IMG/VR virus record: IMGVR_UViG_3300029763_000003
Length of the DNA: 58,211 nucleotides
DNA from: a virus
Reading direction: 5' to 3' (one strand)
How positions within the stretch are numbered: position 1 is the first letter of the stretch; each line of letters opens with the position of its first letter. The notes beneath the pieces were generated by a model that did not search any database, had not been told where the DNA came from, and saw nothing but the letters and a program-made list of their open reading frames with translations. A program made the position numbers and the translations under genes. This document shows positions 23,731 through 31,037 of this stretch, in pieces.

Positions 23731-23873
23731 TTGACAAGTACGGAAAACTGTACTAATATAAGGGTGTAAAGAGTTTATACCGTACAGTGTTCTGTACTGC
23801 CCATGTCTGTATTATAGTACAGACTTCTGTACAAGTCAACTCTTTTGTACAAAATTCTGTGCATTTGTATACT
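23731..23873. promoter_or_regulatory. Genetic-switch region with four 16-bp operators (GTACAG-N4-CTGTAC type) and three promoters.
   Basis: Operators at 23738-23753 (GTACGGAAAACTGTAC), 23782-23797 (GTACAGTGTTCTGTAC), 23817-23832 (GTACAGACTTCTGTAC) and 23847-23862 (GTACAAAATTCTGTGC). Plus-strand promoters: TTGACA 23731 / TAATAT 23754, and TTGTAC 23845 / TATACT 23868. Minus-strand promoter TTGACT-17-TATAAT with -35 at 23834-23839 and -10 at 23811-23816. Confidence 0.7.
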
Positions 23874-23896
23874 TGCACAAATATGGGAGTGTTCTT

Positions 23897-24226
23897 ATGT
23901 CGGACTTGTACAGCAACATCCATACACTCTGTGAAAAAGAGGGCATTAAAGACGGAACCCTTTGTAGCAACATTGGGATTCGCCGCAGTTTTCTTTCCGA
24001 ATTGAAAGCTGGAAGAACCAAGAGCCTGTCCGCAGAGGTTCTTTCTAAAATTGCAGCCTACTTCAACGTATCGGTAGACTACCTTCTCACTGGCGAACAA
24101 AAAGAAAACCCGCCCCAGCAGCCGCAAAGTGAAGTCGATGCAGCAGTGGAACGGATTAGAAAAAAGCTTGAATCTATGCCGACAGCGCAGCGTGAAGCGC
24201 TGATGAACCTGATCGAGAAGATGTGA
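23897..24226 (+). CDS. XRE-family repressor (CI-like, no peptidase domain).
   Basis: LCEKEGIKDGTLCSNIGIRRSFLSELKAGRTKSLSAEVLSKIAAYFNVSVDYLL. RBS GGGAG. Confidence 0.7.
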   Translation: MSDLYSNIHTLCEKEGIKDGTLCSNIGIRRSFLSELKAGRTKSLSAEVLSKIAAYFNVSVDYLLTGEQKENPPQQPQSEVDAAVERIRKKLESMPTAQREALMNLIEKM

Positions 24227-24235
24227 GGTAAGCCC

Positions 24236-24370
24236 GTGTATTACTTGTTGTGCGGCTGCGCCTTTTGCTTTTGGTTCATGCAGGCCTTGTTAAAAGGCAA
24301 TGACCGTGTGCTATATGGCAACAGCAGAAAATATCGTTACCGTAGAAACCGAAAAAAGAAATGGTTCTGA
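24236..24370 (+). CDS. Possible small hydrophobic/basic peptide (44 aa) co-transcribed with the repressor.
   Basis: GTG start 7 nt after GAGG. Translation: YYLLCGCAFCFWFMQALLKGNDRVLYGNSRKYRYRRNRKKKWF. A terminator follows. Confidence 0.3.
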   Translation: MYYLLCGCAFCFWFMQALLKGNDRVLYGNSRKYRYRRNRKKKWF

Positions 24371-24376
24371 CCCGGT

Positions 24377-24429
24377 AAAATAAAAACCCCTTGTGCCGGG
24401 CTGGTGTAGCTCTGCGCAAGGGGTTTTCT
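24377..24429. terminator. Bidirectional rho-independent terminator.
   Basis: Stem CCCCTTG...CAAGGGG is flanked by AAAATAAAAA and TTTTCTG. Confidence 0.7.
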
Positions 24430-24430
24430 G

Positions 24431-24532
24431 TTATTCTAGGCCTAAGGCTTGCTCCGCTGCCGGAATCTTATCAGGGTGTTCCAACAGCCATGCGATAAAC
24501 CTGTCAATCTTAGCTCTTTCTTGTTCGCTCAT
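24431..24532 (-). CDS. Small protein (33 aa), not in the ORF track.
   Basis: GGGAGGA RBS. Translation: MSEQERAKIDRFIAWLLEHPDKIPAAEQALGLE. Confidence 0.4.
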   Translation of the reverse strand: MSEQERAKIDRFIAWLLEHPDKIPAAEQALGLE

Positions 24533-24579
24533 TGCAGCATATCCTCCCGATCAGTAAATACGATTGTTCATTTGATACG

Positions 24580-24607
24580 ATTATACATCTTTCAGTTGTA
24601 TAGTCAA
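24580..24607 (-). promoter_or_regulatory. Sigma-70-type promoter (TTGACT-16-TATAAT) on the minus strand, with two AATCGTAT direct repeats downstream.
   Basis: -35 is agtcaa at 24602-24607 and -10 is attata at 24580-24585 (plus-strand text). Confidence 0.6.
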
Positions 24608-24723
24608 TACAATTTGAACAACTTTGCAAAAATCGAATGTTTTCTTCGCATCCGTTACTTTTCATCGGGGAAGCCACGAGCGTTCAAGTCAAAAGGGACA
24701 ACGCCTATCCATTTTTCCTCCAA

Positions 24724-24930
24724 TCACAGCTCTACGAGCTGTCCGTCAATGCGTTCGATGTTATCTGCCGGGTCGCGCCCATCGTCTAAGGCGGCTACGG
24801 CACGTTCTAGGATGCCTTTCGCTTCGAGGTAAGCATCTTTATCAGCTTCGTACCCAGAAAGGCTCAGGACAAGCTCCAGCGTCCGTCTGCGGGCGTATGG
24901 GACAATCAGAGCATCTACAGTTCGGTTCAT
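24724..24930 (-). CDS. Hypothetical protein (68 aa).
   Basis: TAATG overlap with the upstream small ORF. RBS GGGAGGAAAG. Confidence 0.5.
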   Translation of the reverse strand: MNRTVDALIVPYARRRTLELVLSLSGYEADKDAYLEAKGILERAVAALDDGRDPADNIERIDGQLVEL

Positions 24931-25040
24931 TAGCTTTCCTCCCATGGTTCAGGTGTGTGTGGCTGCCCATCGGTAATGCTGGCGGGCATTCCGTCGATGA
25001 TTGGCATACGTTCATGGTTCCAGATTGCAGTTTCTTTCAT
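24930..25040 (-). CDS. Small protein (36 aa).
   Basis: RBS GAAAGGAAAC. Translation: MKETAIWNHERMPIIDGMPASITDGQPHTPEPWEES. Confidence 0.4.
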   Translation of the reverse strand: MKETAIWNHERMPIIDGMPASITDGQPHTPEPWEES

Positions 25041-25182
25041 TTTGTGTTTCCTTTCTATTTGGAATTTTTTGACAATATAGTTATAACACAGGCTGCTGTT
25101 GGTTCTCCATAGCAGCTTTTTCCATTTTTTGGCTTGTCGAATCCGGCAGTTTTGCAGAATTTTGTTGAAAGGGCGTGAATTT

Positions 25183-25776
25183 ATGGATGAATATTTAGTA
25201 AGAACGGCCAAAGCATTAGAGATGGCACGGATGCACTCTGGTCTAAGCCAGCAGAAGCTGGCGGCACGGATGGGCATAAATCGTGGCACGGTCGCCAATT
25301 GGGAGCAAGGCCTGGCAGCTATTTCCCTGCCAACGGCTATGCGCTGGTTTACCTGCTGTGGTGTATCGGCGGCTCGATACATGGACGCTTGCATTTACCC
25401 GGGGCTGCTGGAGCATTTGGAAGATGACCTTCCTGGTCTGGAGAAGCGGCAGATTCTCATAGATGCTATGATGGAATGTTCTTCCTATGAGATAGATGCC
25501 TTGTTGTATATCCGGTACGGAGATCACGGCTCAGACCATATGGGTGTGCTGACGGAGGTTCTGGCAAACCTCCACACACCGTTGAAGGACAGGGTCTCTG
25601 TTTGCCGGATGGTATCGGGCAACTACGAGATAGCGCAAGCTACCGGAACAGACCCAGACCCGAATGGAGCCGCCCCGAAGATGGAAATTCTCTATCAGGC
25701 GCAGGACGCTGGAACGGAAGCTGCTATGAAGTCCAACGATTCTTATACCGTGAATCCAAATAATATAACTGGCTGA
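25183..25776 (+). CDS. XRE-family HTH regulator with an uncharacterised C-terminal domain (198 aa).
   Basis: MHSGLSQQKLAARMGINRGTVANWEQG. Confidence 0.65.
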   Translation: MDEYLVRTAKALEMARMHSGLSQQKLAARMGINRGTVANWEQGLAAISLPTAMRWFTCCGVSAARYMDACIYPGLLEHLEDDLPGLEKRQILIDAMMECSSYEIDALLYIRYGDHGSDHMGVLTEVLANLHTPLKDRVSVCRMVSGNYEIAQATGTDPDPNGAAPKMEILYQAQDAGTEAAMKSNDSYTVNPNNITG

Positions 25777-25843
25777 TTGTCGAATTATCGCAGTTTTTGA
25801 AGAACATTTTATCCACGTTTATCCACTTTTTGTACACGTTTCA

Positions 25844-26208
25844 TGCAGATTGGGTATACCTTCGCCTTGTCAATTTGTCCCCCATAGGCTATGAATCGAC
25901 AATATTTGCGCGGAATAAATAACGTAGTAGCGATAATACGCAGCTTGCATTTAATCGGTTCGTCAATCCGTCCCCCCATAACATCGGCTTAAAAGTTTTT
26001 CATCCACATTTTGTACACGTTAGAAAGCGCTAACAACGTAAGCACGTTTAATTTTGCCCCATTTCATGCAGATTTAGTATACCTTTAGTTCATACATGGT
26101 GCACACATAGTTAAACATCATTGTACAATAACAACGTATTATCGCATATTTGTGTTTTGCGCAATAAAACCGCTATCGAAAGAACGCTCTGTGCAGTTTT
26201 TGTATACC
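25844..26208 (-). repeat. Three inverted-orientation copies of the Rep iteron (25844-25860, 26067-26083, 26192-26208). Each is paired with an ATCCAC-N-TTTTGTACACGTT box.
   Basis: Read as tgcagattgggtatacc, tgcagatttagtatacc and tgcagtttttgtatacc. Confidence 0.7.
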
Positions 26209-26423
26209 TTTCCATCCACTTTTTGTCCTCGTTTAACGTGCCTAACCGTAGATGGTGCGCCTCTCGGCTTGCTTCTAGCTTGCATTTATTGGCTTTGGAT
26301 GCTATTGTTTTCAACAAGATTTGAAAATTCAAGAAGTGTGTGTTGAAAAGTGTCTGCTTCTTTGCTATTTAGTAGATGTTATTTATCTCTCTTGTTTAGT
26401 ATCTTGTTTAATATATGTAAGGA

Positions 26424-26505
26424 GGCATACCAAATCTGCACGAAGGTATACTAAAACTGCATAGAGGTATACAAAATCTGCACGGACAGGTATACCAAAT
26501 CTGCA
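26424..26505 (+). repeat. Four tandem 17-bp iterons GG(C/T)ATAC(C/T/A)AAA(T/A)CTGCA at 21-23-bp spacing, next to an AT-rich stretch (26340-26420). Plasmid-type oriV.
   Basis: Copies at 26424, 26445, 26466 and 26489. Confidence 0.8.
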
Positions 26506-26524
26506 TGATGGTAGAAATGAACTC

Positions 26525-26553
26525 TTGATAATTCAACCGTGTTGTGATATACT
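26525..26553 (+). promoter_or_regulatory. rep promoter (TTGATA-17-TATACT).
   Basis: TTGATA at 26525-26530 and TATACT at 26548-26553. Confidence 0.6.
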
Positions 26554-26598
26554 GGTATCAACAAGTGGGAAGGATGTGAGAACTTGGGAGACTTGTCA

Positions 26599-27660
26599 AT
26601 GAACAATCTCGTAGAAAAGAGCAAGGCTCTTGTGTGGGCAAAGTTCAGGGACTATACCGCTGGAGAACTTCGTCTGCTAGAAGTATACCTGTCAAGAATC
26701 AACCCTCGCGACCCTGAAAGTGCAACTGTTCAGTTCACACTGAAAGAATACTGTGACTTTTTGGGTATCCGTCTGAACAGTAAAGATTTGAAGCAACAGC
26801 TTAGGCACTTCATTGAGAACACAGTAGCCGTCCCTCTTGAAGGGAAGGACGAATACACTCTGTACACCCTGTTTGCTATGGCGCAAATTCGATTTGACCC
26901 GGAGTGCTTTACATACATGGTCTCAATCAGATGCAACCCTTTGTTGCAGCCTGTGTTCTTTGATATTGCAGAAAAAGGGTATGTTCGGTATCGTCTGCGA
27001 TACACGGCAAGCATGAAGTCTCAGTATAGCATATTGCTTTATTCAATTCTTCGTGACTGGATGAACATGGGGTCGAAGGGGCATGAAATCAGCATCAAGA
27101 AGCTGAAGGAGCAACTTGGTGCGACAGCAAGCAGTTATGACCAGTTCAAATTTTTTAGAGCAAAGGTCTTGGATGTTGCCGTTGCTGAAATCAATGAAAT
27201 ATCCGACATTTCTGTGTCGTATAAAAAACGGACTGTTGGGCACAGAACAGTATCGATTATCTTTGACGTAAAGATAAAACGCTCTGAGCCGGTCATAGAT
27301 GCCGAATCCAGCGAGATTGAGACAACCCCATTAAGAGACGTCTCTGACAACGAAAAGCCTGTAAAAAGCCCTAGAAACGGCGCATACGAAGATGTTGACT
27401 GGGCAAGCCTGATGCCGGGCGTTGACGAAAAGCAGTGTGCAAGCATTGCAAGGTCTGTTGCAAGGCGAATAAAATCTGAATACCCGAATATTCGCAAAGA
27501 CAAGAAGAAGGATGCTGTTGTGAACATTGTGCAGGGCGCATACGAGCAAGCCGTAAAGGGCAAACCGGATGTTGAAGTGCCAGAAGCTTACCTTCGAACG
27601 GTTATCAAGGATTCTCAGTTAAGCAAGTTTGCGACATTCGGGTTCGATTATCTTGAATAA
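26599..27660 (+). CDS. Plasmid replication initiator (Rep_3/RepB-like, iteron-binding).
   Basis: The N-terminus NNLVEKSKALVWAKFRDYTAGELRLLEVYLSRINP...FTLKEYCDFLGI and later SQYSILLYSILRDW are typical Rep_3 patterns. Iterons lie upstream. Confidence 0.75.
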   Translation: MNNLVEKSKALVWAKFRDYTAGELRLLEVYLSRINPRDPESATVQFTLKEYCDFLGIRLNSKDLKQQLRHFIENTVAVPLEGKDEYTLYTLFAMAQIRFDPECFTYMVSIRCNPLLQPVFFDIAEKGYVRYRLRYTASMKSQYSILLYSILRDWMNMGSKGHEISIKKLKEQLGATASSYDQFKFFRAKVLDVAVAEINEISDISVSYKKRTVGHRTVSIIFDVKIKRSEPVIDAESSEIETTPLRDVSDNEKPVKSPRNGAYEDVDWASLMPGVDEKQCASIARSVARRIKSEYPNIRKDKKKDAVVNIVQGAYEQAVKGKPDVEVPEAYLRTVIKDSQLSKFATFGFDYLE

Positions 27661-27675
27661 AGAAAGAGTGATAAA

Positions 27676-28443
27676 ATGGCAAAAATCATAGCTGTCGCCA
27701 ACCAGAAGGGCGGCACAGGAAAGACTACCACAAGCACCTGTCTGGCCGGTGCGTTGCAGTTGCTCGGAAAGAAGGTACTGCTGGTGGACTGCGATGCCCA
27801 GTGCAACACAACGGATACCTACGGAGCACAGACAGAGGACGTATGCACCTTGTTTGATGTGATGACCCGGCAAGGTACGGTCGAAGAAGGAATCCAGCAC
27901 TGTGAAGCTGGTGACATTCTTCCGTCCGACAACGCATTGAAGGACATTGACGAGCAGCTTGTCCGGGACATGGGCAAGAACTTCAGATTGCGAGAAGCCC
28001 TTGAAAGCGTATCTGGGCAGTACGATTACATTGTGCTAGACACTCCCCCGCAGCTTGGTCTTGCGCTTGTGAACGCGCTGATCGCCGCCAACAGCATCAT
28101 CGTTCCCATCACAGCAGACCGATACGCACTGGCTGGTTTGAGCCAGCTTTCGCAGACCATCGGCGATGTTCGCAGATACTTCAATCCGACTTTGAAGATT
28201 GAAGGTCTGCTTCTGAACCAGTACAAGAGCCGTGAGAACCTGTCCAAAGAGGTTGTGGAGCAGCTTCCTGTAATTGCACAAAGCATGGGAACAAAGCTAC
28301 TGGACGTGAAAATTAGACCGTCTATGGGCGTTCGTAAGGCACAGGCAGAGCGTCACAGCCTGTTCAGTGGTGACACGGCAAAGAGTACCAGCGCAGAGGA
28401 TTTCAAGGCGTTGGCGAAGATGATTGTAGAGGGGGATGTGTAG
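27676..28443 (+). CDS. parA: ParA/Soj-type partition ATPase.
   Basis: Deviant Walker A VANQKGGTGKTTTS, plus LLVDCDAQ and YDYIVLDTPP. Confidence 0.85.
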   Translation: MAKIIAVANQKGGTGKTTTSTCLAGALQLLGKKVLLVDCDAQCNTTDTYGAQTEDVCTLFDVMTRQGTVEEGIQHCEAGDILPSDNALKDIDEQLVRDMGKNFRLREALESVSGQYDYIVLDTPPQLGLALVNALIAANSIIVPITADRYALAGLSQLSQTIGDVRRYFNPTLKIEGLLLNQYKSRENLSKEVVEQLPVIAQSMGTKLLDVKIRPSMGVRKAQAERHSLFSGDTAKSTSAEDFKALAKMIVEGDV

Positions 28444-28700
28444 TGAATGTAGTTAGATATAAAGAGTTGGAAAAAGCCGAGTTTGAATTGCAAAGCAAAT
28501 TCAGCTCGAAAGATGTTATGTTTTTCCGCCGAGGGGATGGAATAGACAATCCGATTTATTATGTTGTTTCGCAAAGACATTGTGGGGCGTTAAGTCCCGA
28601 AGAAGCCATAAAAGCCGGAAAAGTTTTGATTGAAGCTGGAAATGCGGCGAAATCTTTTCGGTACAACGGGTATTTTATTGATTGGAGTGACACACAGTGA
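28443..28700 (+). CDS. Small protein (85 aa) translationally coupled to parA. Possible partition adaptor.
   Basis: GTG start overlaps the parA stop (GTGTAGTGA). RBS GAGGGGGA. Confidence 0.5.
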   Translation: MNVVRYKELEKAEFELQSKFSSKDVMFFRRGDGIDNPIYYVVSQRHCGALSPEEAIKAGKVLIEAGNAAKSFRYNGYFIDWSDTQ

Positions 28701-29269
28701 AAAAGTCCAGCAAAAAAACATCCGGCTTGTTGGGCGGGTTTGATTTCCAGCCTATTTCTTCGGGGCGGGCATTAAGCCAAAGTGAGCCAAAGGAAGAAGA
28801 AGTAAGCCAAGCAAAGCCGAACGAAGCCGAACAAGAACAGATTGAGCCCAGTGAAGCCACAGGCAGCCATGCACAGCCTAATGAAGCACGGTTAAGCAAT
28901 ATTAAGCCGAAGCAAGCCAAAGACAGCGGAACACAGCCAAACAATGCAGTAGTAAGCGAAAGTAAGCCAAAGAAGCTGAAACAGGCGAAAGAAGTTCAAC
29001 GTCTTATCGAACAAGGCGATGTTCCAGGAGCACTAGCAGAAGCTGGTTTGACAAAGAAAAAAATCCCGATGCCGGAATCGCATCAGGGCGTTGCAAGCGG
29101 TGATGGCAAGCGTTCTAAGCGCATTACCATCCTTATGAGCGAGGAAGAACGCAAGTACATCAACCGTGAAGCAAGACGGCACGGAATGACCATCGGGCAG
29201 TATGTGTACGCTCTGGCTGCTGCTGCGGCAGACGGAAAGATTGAATTGGAGGATTTTTTAGATGAATGA
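28697..29269 (+). CDS. Ribbon-helix-helix DNA-binding protein with a low-complexity E/K/P/Q/S N-terminal half.
   Basis: The C-terminus KRITILMSEEERKYINREARRHGMTIGQYVYALAAAAA fits an RHH pattern. The GTG start overlaps the upstream stop. Confidence 0.6.
   Translation: MKKSSKKTSGLLGGFDFQPISSGRALSQSEPKEEEVSQAKPNEAEQEQIEPSEATGSHAQPNEARLSNIKPKQAKDSGTQPNNAVVSESKPKKLKQAKEVQRLIEQGDVPGALAEAGLTKKKIPMPESHQGVASGDGKRSKRITILMSEEERKYINREARRHGMTIGQYVYALAAAAADGKIELEDFLDE
28771..28970 (+). repeat. Twenty consecutive decamers with RAGCC in fixed phase (12 exact AGCC, 4 AGCA/AGCG). Candidate centromere/operator array inside a coding sequence.
   Basis: AGCC occupies positions 5-8 of the decamers starting at 28771, 28781, 28801, 28811, 28821, 28841, 28851, 28861, 28871, 28901, 28911, 28931 and 28961. 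AGCA or AGCG occupies them at 28881, 28891, 28921 and 28951. Confidence 0.8.
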
Positions 29270-29681
29270 CGTGTGGACTGATATTGGGCAGAAATATGAA
29301 GCAATGGCAAATATGGGATGCAAGCCTTATGGTTTCAAGCGAGTTCCATTAAATTTTGTGTTTGATGAAGATAAGTCGGTGAAGTGGAACAAAGAACAAG
29401 CGCAAAAGAACAACGATGATTACGACAATGAAGTTAAGCGACTGAATCAAGAAAAAATGAAGCGCAGGGATGAAATCTACGCAGAGATTTATAAGACGAT
29501 TCAAGAAGAAGTCGGTTTTGGGATTTCAGAAAAGAAAGCGGCAAAAATTTGGCGGTACGCTTACGATAGAGGGCATTCAGCAGGATGGTATGAAATAATC
29601 ATCAATTTGGAAGAAATTGAAGAACTCGTAAAGTTCGTATTAGGTAAAAAAACTGAGTTGGAGGATTTCTTAGATGAATGA
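29262..29681 (+). CDS. Hypothetical protein (139 aa).
   Basis: ATGAATGA overlap with the upstream stop. The C-terminus is ELEDFLDE. Confidence 0.6.
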   Translation: MNDVWTDIGQKYEAMANMGCKPYGFKRVPLNFVFDEDKSVKWNKEQAQKNNDDYDNEVKRLNQEKMKRRDEIYAEIYKTIQEEVGFGISEKKAAKIWRYAYDRGHSAGWYEIIINLEEIEELVKFVLGKKTELEDFLDE

Positions 29682-30555
29682 TAGTGAACGACGCCTTATT
29701 CGATTTGTTTGCGATGGTGATATGCGAAACGCGCAAAAAGCTGTTAAAATCATTTTGAATTCCATATCATCCAAAAAAGATGAGCAGTTCAAAGAAAATA
29801 TGCTTCGCAAGTTGGAAAGCAAAAGAGAATTTATTGAATTGCCATATAACTTACAGCATCTTTTGATCGCAGAGGATACAGAAGAATTTCCAGAAGCAAG
29901 ATTCCTTCTTAGGAACGAAGAAAAAAGTATAACGCAGAAAATCATTGCTATTTATCGAGCATCTGAAAAATTGAACGAAATGGGCATTCCTTATTTGCCA
30001 GCATTGATGCTTTATGGACAAAGCGGATGCGGAAAAACCATGCTGGCTAGGTATATCGCTCATAAAGCAAAACTTCCGTTTTTGAGGATTCAATTTTCAA
30101 GTCTAGTTGATTCGCACTTAGGGCAAACTCAATCTAACCTTGCGAGAATTTTTGATTATGTGAGAACCGCTCCTTGCGTTCTTTGTTTTGATGAAATAGA
30201 TGCGGTCGGAATGGCTCGTGGGCAAAACGATGACGTTGGGGAAATGAACCGTGTGGTTATTGCGATTATGCAAGAAATGGATAGATTGCCGAATAATGTC
30301 ATCATTATCGGAACGACAAACCGATTTGATAGGATTGACCCTGCGCTTACAAGAAGATTTCCGTTGCAATACGAATTAAAGCCGTTGTGCCGTGCGGATG
30401 CAGAAATACTTTCCAAAAGGTTCTTTGAATATGCAGGAGCACAATATGAAAACATAGCTTATGAAGACCACGTCCCCGCATCTACTGTTATCAAAGAATG
30501 TACAGAACGAATTGTAAATCAAGTTCTGAATCAAGAGGATTTCTTGGAGGATTGA
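29674..30555 (+). CDS. AAA+ ATPase (classical AAA family, PF00004-like).
   Basis: Walker A GQSGCGKTMLARYIA and Walker B VLCFDEIDAV. Also IIGTTNRFDRIDPALTRRF (sensor / Arg finger). Confidence 0.8.
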   Translation: MNDSERRLIRFVCDGDMRNAQKAVKIILNSISSKKDEQFKENMLRKLESKREFIELPYNLQHLLIAEDTEEFPEARFLLRNEEKSITQKIIAIYRASEKLNEMGIPYLPALMLYGQSGCGKTMLARYIAHKAKLPFLRIQFSSLVDSHLGQTQSNLARIFDYVRTAPCVLCFDEIDAVGMARGQNDDVGEMNRVVIAIMQEMDRLPNNVIIIGTTNRFDRIDPALTRRFPLQYELKPLCRADAEILSKRFFEYAGAQYENIAYEDHVPASTVIKECTERIVNQVLNQEDFLED

Positions 30556-30558
30556 CGA

Positions 30559-30837
30559 ATGGGCGTAACCATCAAATGCAAAAAGACTGGGCGTGAAATG
30601 GATGTGGGCTATTTCGGGTTTTTCAAGTTGAGAACGAAGGTTGCAGAACTTGTTGGTTCGGAAGTCGGAGAGCACTATAAAAAACTTGATGACATTCTCG
30701 ACATACCATCTCCCGAAAAAGAACACGTTCTAGAATCATACAATGACGAAACAGAGCGATTGGTTGAAAGCAAAATGCTTCCGATTAAAATTGCAGATTT
30801 CCTTTATCAATCGGACTGTGACGGAAAAATCCGATAA
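30559..30837 (+). CDS. Hypothetical protein (92 aa) ending at an in-frame TAA that is followed by 50 open codons.
   Basis: GGAGGA RBS. See the feature at 30838-30990. Confidence 0.55.
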   Translation: MGVTIKCKKTGREMDVGYFGFFKLRTKVAELVGSEVGEHYKKLDDILDIPSPEKEHVLESYNDETERLVESKMLPIKIADFLYQSDCDGKIR

Positions 30838-30990
30838 GGTGCCTGCAAGGAAATCTTAAAAGTTATAGGTGATTATGACGATAGCATTATTTACGGATAT
30901 GCTGGTAGAGAAAACCCCGCAAAGTTCAAAGACTTCAAAGAAATCCTTCAAGATTGTGTAGGCAATAAGTGCTTTATGATTTGGAGATAA
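30838..30990 (+). other. In-frame 50-codon extension downstream of the TAA at 30835-30837. It has no start codon of its own.
   Basis: Translation: GACKEILKVIGDYDDSIIYGYAGRENPAKFKDFKEILQDCVGNKCFMIWR, then a stop. The operon terminator follows this second stop, not the first. Confidence 0.5.
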
Positions 30991-30995
30991 CAATA

Positions 30996-31037
30996 AACCC
31001 CTGTGTAGTCACAATGACCGCACAGGGGTTCTGTTTT
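30996..31037. terminator. Bidirectional rho-independent terminator (10-bp stem AACCCCTGTG/CACAGGGGTT).
   Basis: It lies between convergent operons. The T-run CTGTTTT follows. Confidence 0.75.
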
